Shown here: in pieces, positions 50,981 to 62,187 of the stretch
Position numbering within the stretch: the first letter of the stretch is position 1
How the letters are laid out: each line of letters begins with the position of its first letter
Source of the DNA: an uncultured delta proteobacterium
GTDB taxonomy: Bacteria; Myxococcota; Myxococcia; Myxococcales; Myxococcaceae
Direction of reading: 5' to 3'
Assembly: GCA_963771175.1 (NCBI GenBank)
Contig: CAVYSY010000032.1
Location: forward strand, 256,001 to 320,000
Length of the DNA stretch: 64,000 nucleotides
The notes under the pieces: model-generated
Database searches by the model: none
Told to the model about the DNA's origin: nothing
What the model saw: the letters and a program-made list of their open reading frames with translations, nothing else
Translations under genes and position numbers: made by a program

Positions 50981-52274
50981 ACGCGAAAGCCCTTCTCCTC
51001 TCGCTCGTCCTCCTTCCGCTGGCGGCGCTCGCCCAGGCGCCCGTCATCCAGATCTCCGGCGCCAACTTCCGCCCCTGCCGCTCGCCGTCTCCGCCGCCGC
51101 TGGCGCAGGGCGAGGAGGCCAAGGCGCCCGCCCGGGAGTTCGACGACGCGCTCATGTTCGACCTGCGCGCCTCCGGCCTCTTCCAGGTGCTCGACCGGGC
51201 CAGCTTCCTCGCCGACGCGAAGGAGGGCATCACCGCGGGCAGCATCAACTTCTCGCGCTGGGCGGACGTGGGCGCCGAGTCGCTGGTGAAGGTACTCGCT
51301 GGCCCAGGACGGCGGCGAGCTGCACGGCCGAGCTGCGCCTGTTCAACGTGGGCAGCGGCCGCGAGGACTTCAAGGCGGCCCAGAGCGCGCCCGCCGCGGA
51401 GCCGCGCCTGCTGGCCCACAAGCTCGCGGACGCCTCTACCGCCACTTCACCCGCGAGCCGAGCCCCTTCCTCTCGCGCATCGCCTTCGTGCGCAAGAGCG
51501 GGCAACAACCGGGACGTGTGGGTGGCGGACTGGGACGGCAGCAACGCGCAGCAGCGTCACGCAGCGGCGGCATCAACCTGCTGCCGGCGCTCGGGCCCGG
51601 ACGGCGTCGGTGGCCTTCACCTCGTACCGCAGGGCAGACCGGAGCTCTACGTCCGGCAGCCGGACGGCGACTCGGTGCGGCTGAAGCGTCCGAGGGCGAG
51701 ATGGCCACCGGCGTGGCCTTCTCGCCGGACGGCAAGCGCATCGCGTACGCGCTGGCCGAGGGCGAGAGCGCGCAACTCTGGGTGGCCAACGCGGACGGCA
51801 GCGGCGCGAAGCGGCTCACCGACACGCGCTTCGGCATCAACTCCAGCCCCTCGTGGTCTCCGGACGGCAAGCGCATCGCCTTCGTGTCCAACCGCGGCGG
51901 CATCGCCGCAGGTGTACGTGATGAACGCGGACGGCTCGAGCGTGCGGCGGCTCACCTTCCAGGGCAACTACAACCAGACGCCGGACTGGTCCCCGCGCGG
52001 GGACCTCATCGCCTTCACCGCGCGCGACGAGCGCAACGCCTTCGACCTCTTCACGGTGAACGTGGACACGGGCAAGGTGACGCGCCTCACGCAGGACCAG
52101 GCGAACAACGAGGAGCCCTCCTTCTCGCCCAACGGCCGCCTCATCGTCTTCACCTCCACGCGCAACGGCTCGCCGCAGCTCTTCGTGATGACGGCGGACG
52201 GCAACAACCAGGTGCCGCTGCCCGATGGAGAAGGGCGCGTACCTGACGCCCGATTGGGGCCGCTGAGCGTGTAG
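50977..52274 (+). CDS. tolB: TolB; frameshifted
   Basis: PD40 repeats (SPDGKRIA, WSPRGD, FSPNGR) after a TolB-N region. Confidence 0.9.
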
Positions 52275-52277
52275 GCG

Positions 52278-52309
52278 CCCCCTCCCCTGGGAGCGGGCGG
52301 GGGTGAGGG
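52278..52309. repeat. REP-like intergenic element
   Basis: CCCCCTCCCCTGGGAGCGGGCGGGGGTGAGGG resembles the CCCTCTCCC...GGGGTGAGGG extragenic palindromes of GC-rich bacteria. Confidence 0.5.
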
Positions 52310-52325
52310 TTACAGTCCGTGCCTC

Positions 52326-53513
52326 ATGAACGCCTCCCCCTTCCGCTCCCACTGGTCCCTCGACCCCGAGGTGACCTTCCTCAACCACGGCTCCTTCGGC
52401 GCCTGCCCCACGCGGTGCTCGAGGACCAGTCCCGGCTGCGCGCGCGCCTGGAGGCCGAGCCGGTGCGCTTCCTCCACCGGGAGCTGGAGGCGCTGCTCGA
52501 CGCGGCCCGCGCGGCACTCGCCGCCTTCCTGGATGCGGACGCGGACGACCTCGCCTTCGTGCACCAACGCCACCACGGGCGTGAACACCGTGCTGCGCTC
52601 GCTGCGCTTCGCCCCGGGTGACGAGCTGCTCACCACCGACCACGAGTACAACGCCTCGCGCAACGCACTGGACTTCGTGGCCCGCCACTGGGGCGCGAAG
52701 GTGGTGGTGGCGAAGCTGCCCTGGCCCGTGACCTCGTCCCAGGCCGTGGTGGACGCGGTGCTCGCGCACGTCACCGCGCGCACCCGGCTGCTGCTCATCG
52801 ACCACATCACCAGCCAGACGGCGCTGGTGCTCCCCGTGGCCGAGCTCATCCGCGCGCTGCGCGAGCGCGGCGTGGAGACGCTCGTGGACGGAGCCCACGG
52901 CCCCGGGCATGCTGCCCCTGTCCCTGCGCACGCTGGGCGTCGCGCTACTACACGGGCAACTGCCACAAGTGGCTGTGCGCGCCCAAGGGCGCTGCCTTCC
53001 TCTACGTGCGCCGGGACCTGCAGCCGGGCCTCCGCCCGCTCGTCATCAGCCACGGCTACAACTCGCGGCGCAGGGACCGCTCCCAGTTCCGCCTCGACTT
53101 CGACTGGACCGGGACGGGAGACCCCACGCCCGTTCCTCTGCGTGCCCAAGGCGCTGGAGGTGGTGGGAGGCATGCTGCCCGGCGGCTGGCCGGAGGTGAT
53201 GGCCTCCAACCGCGCCAAGGCGCTGACGGCGCGCGCCTTCCTGTGCGAGCGGCTCGGGGTGGCACCCCACTGCCCCGAGGAGATGGTGGGCTCCATGGCC
53301 ACCGTGGCCCTGCCGGATGGCTTCCCCGCCGAGCCCTCCGCCCTCGGGCTGGACCCGCTCCAGGACCGGCTCCTCTTCGAGCACGGCATCGAGGTGCCCA
53401 TCACCCCCTGGCCCCGGCCGCCACACCGCCACGTCCGCGTGTCCGCCCAGCTCTACAACTCGCACGCGGAGTACCAGCGGCTGGCGGAAGCTTTGGACGC
53501 GCTGCTGCGCTGA
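52326..53513 (+). CDS. Class V PLP aminotransferase (isopenicillin N epimerase/EgtE-like); frameshifted
   Basis: [35 protein letters not shown]. Confidence 0.88.
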   Translation: MNASPFRSHWSLDPEVTFLNHGSFGACPTRCSRTSPGCARAWRPSRCASSTGSWRRCSTRPARHSPPSWMRTRTTSPSCTNATTGVNTVLRSLRFAPGDELLTTDHEYNASRNALDFVARHWGAKVVVAKLPWPVTSSQAVVDAVLAHVTARTRLLLIDHITSQTALVLPVAELIRALRERGVETLVDGAHGPGHAAPVPAHAGRRATTRATATSGCARPRALPSSTCAGTCSRASARSSSATATTRGAGTAPSSASTSTGPGRETPRPFLCVPKALEVVGGMLPGGWPEVMASNRAKALTARAFLCERLGVAPHCPEEMVGSMATVALPDGFPAEPSALGLDPLQDRLLFEHGIEVPITPWPRPPHRHVRVSAQLYNSHAEYQRLAEALDALLR

Positions 53514-53527
53514 GTAGGCTCCGTCGG

Positions 53528-54463
53528 ATGCCTCGTTACGCCACCATCGACGTCGGGACCAACTCGGTCCTCCTGCTCGTCGCCGACCGCCTTCCCGATG
53601 GCCGCTTCCAGGCCGTGCAGGAGCGCGCGGAAATCACCCGCCTGGGCCGCGGCGTGGACAAGAGCCGCCGCCTCTCTCCCGAGGGGATGAACGCCACCCT
53701 CCAGGTGCTGTCCGACTTCGCCAGCGAGGCGCGCGAGCCTGGGCGCCGAGGCCATCGCCGTGTCCGCCACCAGCGCGGCGCGCGACGCGGAGAACGGCGC
53801 CGAGTTCCTCGCCGCCGCCCGGGAGCGCGCCGGCGTGACGGTGGACATCATCTCCGGCGAGCTGGAGGCGCAGCTCTCCTTCTCCTCGGCCTACGCGGAC
53901 TTCGGGCGCGAGGCGGCCGGGCCCGCTGGTGGTGCTGGACATCGGCGGCGGCTCCACCGAGTTCATCTACGGCGACAAGCGAGGGCCACGTGGCCTTCCG
54001 GCACAGCTTCGACGTGGGCTCGGTGCGGATGACCGAGCGCTTCGTGAAGTCGGACCCGATGTCCGCCGAGGACCGGGCCCGCGTGGAGTCGCACCTGCGC
54101 AGAGACCTTCTCCGCCCTGCCCCCCGCCCTCCGGGAGCACAGCTCGTGGGCGTCGCCGGCACGGTGACGACGCTCTACACCGTGCGGCACGCCATCGACC
54201 CGTATGACGCCGCGCGCGTCCACGGGCGGCACCCTCACCCGCGCCGAACTGGAGTCGCTGGCGGACCTGCTGTGCCGGCTGCCCCTCGCCGAGCGCCACG
54301 AAGCTGCCCGGCCTGCAACCCAAACGCGCGGACGTGATTCCCGCCGGCGCCCTCATCCTGCTCGAGAGCGCTGCGGGCGCTCGGGCTCGAGAGCTGCCGG
54401 GTGAGCGACCGCGGCCTGCGCTGGGGCCTGCTCGCGCACCGCTTCGGAGCCACCCCTTCATGA
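53528..54463 (+). CDS. ppx: Ppx/GppA exopolyphosphatase; frameshifted
   Basis: [32 protein letters not shown]. Confidence 0.88.
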
Positions 54464-55723
54464 GCATCCCCACCGCCGTGGCCACCCCCTCCGCTCCTAC
54501 CGCCCCCGCCGCCGCGCGCACCGGCTACTACGCGCTGCTCATCCTCACGCTCATCAACCTGGTCAACTACCTCGACCGGTACATCGTCGCGGTCGGCGCT
54601 GCCCTACATCAAGAAGGACTTCCAGCTCACCGACACGCAGTCGGGCTACCTGGGCAGCTTCTTCATCGTCGTGTTCATGCTGGCCTCGCCCCTGGGCGGC
54701 TTCCTCGGAGACCGGGTGCCGCGGCGGTTCCTGGTGGCCGCCGGCGTGCTGCTGTGGAGCCTGGCCACGGGGGCCTCGGGACTGGCCACCACCTTCGCCG
54801 TGCTGATGGTGGCGCGGGCCTGTGTGGGCATCGGCGAGGCGGGTTACGGCGCGGTGGCCCCGTCCATCATCTCCGACCTCTTCCCGCGCGAGCAGCGCAC
54901 GCAGGTGCTGTCCTTCTTCTACATCGCCATCCCCGTGGGAGCGGCGGCGGGCTACGGGCTGGGCGGGTGGCTGAGCGAGGCCTACTCGTGGCACGTGGCC
55001 TTCTTCGTGGGCGGCGCGCCGGGCCTGGTGCTGGGCGCCCTGGCCTTCTTCATGCCCGAGCCCCAGCGTGGCGCCATGGACGGGGCCGAGGGCCAGAAGA
55101 AGCTGCCCTTCCTGGTGGGCCTCAAGGGACTGGCGCGCAACACGGCCTTCTGGTGGACCACGACGGGCTACACGCTGATGACGTTCGCCATCGGCGGGCT
55201 GGCCTTCTGGCTGCCCACGTTCCTCGTGCGCGAGCGCGCGATGACCGCGGACAAGGCGGGCTTCCTCTCCGGCGCCGTCACCGCCCTGGCGGGTCTGCTG
55301 GGCACGCTCGCCGGCGGCTGGCTGGGCGACAAGATGGACCGGCGGATGCCGGGCGGCGGCCTGCGCATGTCCGGCGTGGGACTGCTGCTCGCGGCCCCGC
55401 TCATGTTCCTGTCGGTGCAGGTCCACGCGCTCTGGCCGATGTTCGCCATCATCTTCCTGGCGCAGTTCCTCATCTTCCTCAACAGCGGCCCCATCAACGC
55501 GGCCATCGTCAACAGCGTGCCTCCGGCGTTCCGCGCCTTCGCCATGGGGCTCAACGTGCTGTGCATCCACCTGCTGGGCGACGCCATCTCGCCCACCGCC
55601 ATCGGCAAGCTGGCCGACATGGCCAGCCTGGGCCTCGCCATCGAGCTCAACGCCCTCCCCGTCCTGCTGGGCGGCGCGGCGCTGCTCGTGGCCGGAAAGC
55701 TGTTCAAGCAGCCCGCGACCTGA
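54460..55723 (+). CDS. Spinster-like MFS transporter; one frameshift
   Basis: NLVNYLDR, GIGEAGY...PSIISDLF, IHLLGDAISP. Confidence 0.88.
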
Positions 55724-55853
55724 AGCACCCGGTGGACTCCGGCGCCCGGCTGCCTTCCGACCGGGCGCGCGTGTCCTCGCGGGCGGAGTCTTCACTGGGA
55801 CTCTCCGAGCGCTCGACCTTGAGTAGCATGAGCACGTTCCTTGGGGGGATGGC

Positions 55854-56165
55854 TTGGAGACACCCGTGACGCAACCCACCCGGATCCGCCTCACCCTGTG
55901 CAAGGGGGCGCTGGCGCAGCTCCTTCCCCACCTCGCCACGCAGCCCCATGCACTGCACACGGTCTCACTCGCGAACAGCTATGCCGCGAACCTGCGGCAG
56001 GTGCTCACCGCGCATTACGGCATCCCTCACGTCGAGGTGCTTGTCCGCCCCGAACAGATCGGCCGCATGCAACTCGTTCTCGACGGCCGAGGTGTCGATG
56101 GCGACACAGAGCGCGAGAGAATCTGGGAGATGGCCCGGAAGGTTTCCCAGTATGTCTACGCCTGA
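55854..56165 (+). CDS. Hypothetical protein
   Basis: About 100-aa ORF with plausible composition in an intergenic gap. Confidence 0.5.
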   Translation: METPVTQPTRIRLTLCKGALAQLLPHLATQPHALHTVSLANSYAANLRQVLTAHYGIPHVEVLVRPEQIGRMQLVLDGRGVDGDTERERIWEMARKVSQYVYA

Positions 56166-56207
56166 GCCGGGGTCATCCCGGCGCTACGTCGACACACTGG
56201 AGGACTC

Positions 56208-57338
<1,131 letters not shown>

Positions 57339-58534
57339 TGAACATGGAGCCGGAGCCAGAGCACCGGTCCGAGCCCTACGAGGTACTCTGCAGCTTGTTG
57401 CCGCATGATCCTCGTGGGGGCGCCCATGCCGCGCATTAGCCCGGGTTCGACGGCGCGCATCCTCGTAGCCCGGTCCGGCCCCCGCCTGCGTAGATGAAGA
57501 CGCACACCGCCACCCGTACGCTGGCGGACGGACGGCGGCTGACAGCCCCTGGCGTTCCAGGGATCCCGTCCGAGATGCAGGGACTGGAAGCGCACCGCCG
57601 GCCTGTGCGAGTGCTCATTCCACCGGAAGACGCCAGCAAGGCTGCGGAGCAGCCTCGTCGGCAGGTTCCAATCGGCAGCTCACAGTAGATTAACGGCTCC
57701 ATTCATGAGCCACGAGGCGTCCATCACTTCGGCCATCCATGGCTCGCTGTACGACTACGGCGAAACAATGGAGACCCTACCTGTTGTTCACCGGCGACGG
57801 AGACACCGGAAGACCAGCTGCGACGGCCTTGAACGGTATCGCAGTGTTCACACCACCCCAGACGGACGCTCCTGTCTCGATACGTCAGGCGAATTGCCCG
57901 ACATGGTATGAGCCACGAAGACCAGGCTTTACTGGGACACGGATCGATGAGCCCCAAAGAAGCAGCCATGGATGAGCGGCACGGTGGCACGGAGTGCAAC
58001 GATCCCAGGCATCACAGAGCAGCGCCGTATTACGCGCAATTGCTCCAGGACAATGCACGGACATCATGAGACAAGTGATTGGCATGGCCATGAAGGAGAC
58101 GGAGCCGACTCTGGCGCAACGTGGGCAGACAGTGACTTGCCCCACACATTTCCTGAGCACGAAGCCGCTTGCGTGACAGCCATCGACTCTTCACCGCACG
58201 ACCTGTGGAACGAGATGACTTCCTGAGCCTCGAAGGGTCTTTCAGTAGTACCTCCATGTACCGTTCGCTGCTGGAGGGCCACAACGGGACCTTGTACGAA
58301 GATCCGGCCCCTCCGGTCTACGGGCTGAGACTCATCGAGGAAGCCCACGCAGAACCGCCGTCTGCGCGAATCACAATTGAAGGAGTTCGAGGTCTACCCC
58401 CGCCGAGAAGCGCGCCATCGAGCCTTCCATCGAGTACGCGCCGCGATGCGTGGACGGACGAGTTCCCGGACGGGGACGCACCGCAAGCAGGCACGTGCGA
58501 CCGCTACTGGGGCCAGGACTGATGGAAGTAGCGC

Positions 58535-60787
58535 CTACCGCCCGCCCTTGCGGACGGAGATCTCCACGATGAAGTCCGGGCCCTGTTCCGCGCGGCTCTC
58601 GGCCCGCTCCAGCACGGCGGGCCGGTCGTCGCCGGTCCACAGGCCCAGCAGGTCGTAGGTCATCCACTGCGCCAGCGAGCGCGCCACCCGCTGCGCTCCC
58701 TCCCGAGGCACCGTCGAGAGCGACTCCTGCGTATCCATCAGCCCTCGCACCAGCCGCGCGGGCACCATCCAGCACTCGGCGCGCAACGAGGGCGGCACCA
58801 GGAACAAGCAGTAGGAGGACTCCGTCTTCCCGAGCAGCTCGTCCACCTGCTCCCGCCCGAGCCGGAGGTTCGGCGCCCACTGTCCTTCCCCTCGCCGCTC
58901 CAGCTTCCTCGCCTGCACCAGCACCACCCGCTTCGTCGTGAGGAAGGAGTCCACCTCGACCTTCAGCACGAAGGCCAGCTCCACCCCGGCGGGCCGCGGG
59001 TTCTCCGGGGTCGTCTCCCCCTCCACGGGCTCACGGGTCCTCCGGTACTGGAGGTCCAGTTCCAGCGGCACGGGCTGTCCCTGCGAGAGCAGGATCGACA
59101 GGTCCGAGCGGATGCTCTCGAACTCGTGCTTCAGATCCTCCAGTAGCCGTGTGACGAGCTGCGCCTCGTCCTCCCGGAAGTGCTCCGGGTAGCGCGCGGA
59201 GAAGTCCCGCTCCACGCGGCTGAACGCCCCCAGGAGCAGCTCCTCCAAATCCCTGTCCCGCAGCCACGTTCTGCCCCCGCCGAGTCCCATCGTCCCCGAG
59301 GCACGCAGGTGGCGCAGGGCCCCCGTCAGCGTCGCGGGCGTCGCCGGCTCGGACGCGGCATCCGACCCGGCCGCCAGCCAGGCATTGATGGCTCGCACGC
59401 GGAACCGCACGCGCGTGGACGGATGCTCGCCCAGGCGGCGCAACTGACGCCGATCCGTGGACGTCTTCACCAGCGACAGCGTCACCAGCTCCGCCTCGGA
59501 GGCGGCCGCATCCGGGGCACACCACAGGAAGAACTCGATCGCCGCCTTCCGGAGCACGGGCTTCTTCGCGAACCGCCGGGTGACCTCCTGCCTCCACGCC
59601 GTCAGCTCGTCCGCTCCGGGCCGATGCTCCGACTCGACGCGGGGCCACAGGTCCGCGCACTCCTCGGCCAGCCAGTACAGGGCGTCCGCCACGGGCAGGG
59701 CACGCACCTGCTCGCGCGCACGATTCCTGCGCTCGAAGGAATCCTCCGAGCCCTGGCGCAGCGCCACCCGGAAGATGCGCTCCTCCAGCCACAGCAGCAC
59801 GAGCGCCAGTCCGGGCTCGACCTTGGGATTCAGGCGCTCCCAGCACTTGTCCGCCACGAGCCGGTGCCGGTCGAGCTCCTTGTCCTCGTGGATGCTGACC
59901 ACCAATGCCTGCAGGGCGCCGCGAAGGCCCTCCACCGGGGCCTCGAAGTACGCGAGCAGCTCACTGAGGTTCTCGATGACCGCCAACGCTCCTCCCTCTT
60001 CGAGGTTCCTGGCGAGCAGCAGGCTCGCCCGCGAGCACCACCGGGCCTCGCCCTTGCCCTGCGCGTAGCACCCCAGGAAGCCGCGCAGCTCGCTCCGGCC
60101 CTCGGGCGAGGCCACCATCTGGAAGAGCTTCTCCTCGAGGATGTCCCGGCACTCGCGCCAGGGAATCCTCGCCGCCCGCTCCCGGATGAAGCCCACCAGC
60201 TTGTCCCGGCCCTCGCGCAGGTACGGCAGCAGCGCCCTCAACTGATCGAGCCGCCCGATGACGCGCCGCTCGGAGCCGAGGAGCACCTTCAGGTCCAGCT
60301 CCACCGTCCCGTTGAACCGCAGCACCTTCCCGTCGAACGTGCAGCGCACGCCGTTCACGAGGGCCACCAGCTCCTCGGGATGACGCTTGAGGTACCGGAT
60401 CAGCACCTTGGAGAGCTCGGCCTCCACCTCGCGCACGAACGGCTCCACCGCCTCGCCCTGCCCCTCCAGCACCAGGACGAGCTGCTCCTGCCGCGAGATC
60501 AGCCGCTGGAGCAGCTCCCTCGGCGGCTCCGAGTAGGGCCACAACAGCTCGCCGCAGTGGACCAGCAGGAACAGCAGCTCGCCGGGAGACCGGGAGCCGG
60601 AGTCCAGCCGGGACCACGTGGCCGCCTGGGCCATCTCGCGCTCTTCCAGCGTGGCAGCGCGCACCCACTCGGCGAGCCGCTCCGTCCACTGGGGACGCGA
60701 GCTCAGCAACGCCTCGGGGCTGGAGCCAGCCACCTGCTCGTAGAGCGCCTGGATGGAGTCAGGCCACTTGTCGTTGCCGGGAGACAC
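58535..60787 (-). CDS. 750-aa hypothetical protein with possible C-terminal PD-(D/E)XK-like domain
   Basis: Intact helical ORF; C-terminal GVELAFVL...VLVQARKL pattern. Confidence 0.65.
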   Translation of the reverse strand: MSPGNDKWPDSIQALYEQVAGSSPEALLSSRPQWTERLAEWVRAATLEEREMAQAATWSRLDSGSRSPGELLFLLVHCGELLWPYSEPPRELLQRLISRQEQLVLVLEGQGEAVEPFVREVEAELSKVLIRYLKRHPEELVALVNGVRCTFDGKVLRFNGTVELDLKVLLGSERRVIGRLDQLRALLPYLREGRDKLVGFIRERAARIPWRECRDILEEKLFQMVASPEGRSELRGFLGCYAQGKGEARWCSRASLLLARNLEEGGALAVIENLSELLAYFEAPVEGLRGALQALVVSIHEDKELDRHRLVADKCWERLNPKVEPGLALVLLWLEERIFRVALRQGSEDSFERRNRAREQVRALPVADALYWLAEECADLWPRVESEHRPGADELTAWRQEVTRRFAKKPVLRKAAIEFFLWCAPDAAASEAELVTLSLVKTSTDRRQLRRLGEHPSTRVRFRVRAINAWLAAGSDAASEPATPATLTGALRHLRASGTMGLGGGRTWLRDRDLEELLLGAFSRVERDFSARYPEHFREDEAQLVTRLLEDLKHEFESIRSDLSILLSQGQPVPLELDLQYRRTREPVEGETTPENPRPAGVELAFVLKVEVDSFLTTKRVVLVQARKLERRGEGQWAPNLRLGREQVDELLGKTESSYCLFLVPPSLRAECWMVPARLVRGLMDTQESLSTVPREGAQRVARSLAQWMTYDLLGLWTGDDRPAVLERAESRAEQGPDFIVEISVRKGGR

Positions 60788-62140
60788 TCACTGTCCTGTT
60801 ACCACAGCTAATGGCGCGACGGGCGGCTCCAGACGCGGCTGGTACTCGCTGGCCAGTTGCTCCACCTCCGCCGCCAGCCGCTCGCCCTCTTGGAGCAGCA
60901 GGGCCTTCAGCCGCACACGGCTGCCCAGTGTGAAGAACAGGGACACGTCCCGCAGCAACACCAGCCACCGCTCGGAGAAGTACAGGGTGAAGAGCGCCAG
61001 CGGAGGCACGCCCATGCCCACCGTCAGCCCCAGCGCCGGCCCGCCCCACAGCCACGCCCCCACCGTCAGCACCGCCCACCACACCAGCGACATCACCAGC
61101 GCCGCGAGGAACTTCACCGTGGCCTGCACGTCCAGCTCGGCCTTCCGGCTCACCCACCGCGGGAAGAGGTACGGCACGTAGAACAGCCCGAGCCCCAGCG
61201 CGAGCAGCGGCATCCCGAACACGAGCAGCAGCAGGTTCTTCAACACGAAGCGCGTCACCGGTCCGGGCTGGTACTCCAGCGCCAGGTCCGTCGGGTCCGC
61301 GCGCACCAGGCCCAGCCGGCGATGGAAGGACATCAGGACCCCGCGCATCCGCTCGAAGCGCTCGGGCTGCTCGGAGCGGAAGAGCTCCAGCCCCCGCGCC
61401 CAGTGCCGCAGCCGCTCGGGGTCCATCCGCTCCTTCTGCCGGAAGGCGTAGAGCTGCTCGGCGAGCTGGATGAGCGGGAGGTCCTCCCACTTGTCCAGGT
61501 TGAGGGTGACGGACTTGAGCCCCTCGGCGATGCGCTCGGTGAGCTTGCGCACCGACTCCACCTCGCTGGCCTCGTCCGCCGGGAGGAAGTCCCGCACCTC
61601 GATGGGCGTGCCCACCTCGATGAGCACCTCGCTGCGGAACAGGCTCTTGTCCGCGTACGTGAGGCCCACCGGGACGATGCGCACCGGCGCCCCCTGCTTC
61701 GCCGCCCCGAGCGCGATGCGAGCCGCCCCCGTCTTCAGCTCCGCCAGCGAGGGCTCCGAGTGGCTCTTCCCCTCGGGGAAGAGGGTGATGGCCCGCCCCT
61801 CCACCAGTGCCCCGCGCGCCGCATCCAGCGTCCCCTCGTTCTTCCCCATCTGCGAGGGGTCGTCCTGCTTGCGGTACACCGGCAGCGCTCGCAGCCCCTT
61901 CAGCAACCAGCCGATGACGGGCAGGCGGAACAGTGGCGCCTTGGCCAGGAACGTCACATGCCGACGCGTGAGGATGAACACCAGGGCCGGGTCGATGAGC
62001 CCGTTGGGATGGTTGCCCACGAACATGACCGGGCCCTCGGGCTCGGCCGCCGGAGCGTTCACCTTCACCCGGTAGAAGAGCCGAAGCGCCAGGGCCACCA
62101 CTGCACGCACGAAGCCGTAGAACACGCGCGCAGTGTACAC
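60788..62140 (-). CDS. Lysophospholipid/glycerol acyltransferase (PlsC family)
   Basis: NHPNGLID, FLAKAPLF, FPEG; C-terminal TM helices. Confidence 0.9.
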   Translation of the reverse strand: MYTARVFYGFVRAVVALALRLFYRVKVNAPAAEPEGPVMFVGNHPNGLIDPALVFILTRRHVTFLAKAPLFRLPVIGWLLKGLRALPVYRKQDDPSQMGKNEGTLDAARGALVEGRAITLFPEGKSHSEPSLAELKTGAARIALGAAKQGAPVRIVPVGLTYADKSLFRSEVLIEVGTPIEVRDFLPADEASEVESVRKLTERIAEGLKSVTLNLDKWEDLPLIQLAEQLYAFRQKERMDPERLRHWARGLELFRSEQPERFERMRGVLMSFHRRLGLVRADPTDLALEYQPGPVTRFVLKNLLLLVFGMPLLALGLGLFYVPYLFPRWVSRKAELDVQATVKFLAALVMSLVWWAVLTVGAWLWGGPALGLTVGMGVPPLALFTLYFSERWLVLLRDVSLFFTLGSRVRLKALLLQEGERLAAEVEQLASEYQPRLEPPVAPLAVVTGQ

Positions 62141-62187
62141 CGGGTGGCGTTCGGAGAAGACCCGCCCCCCACCCGATACCGCCGGGG

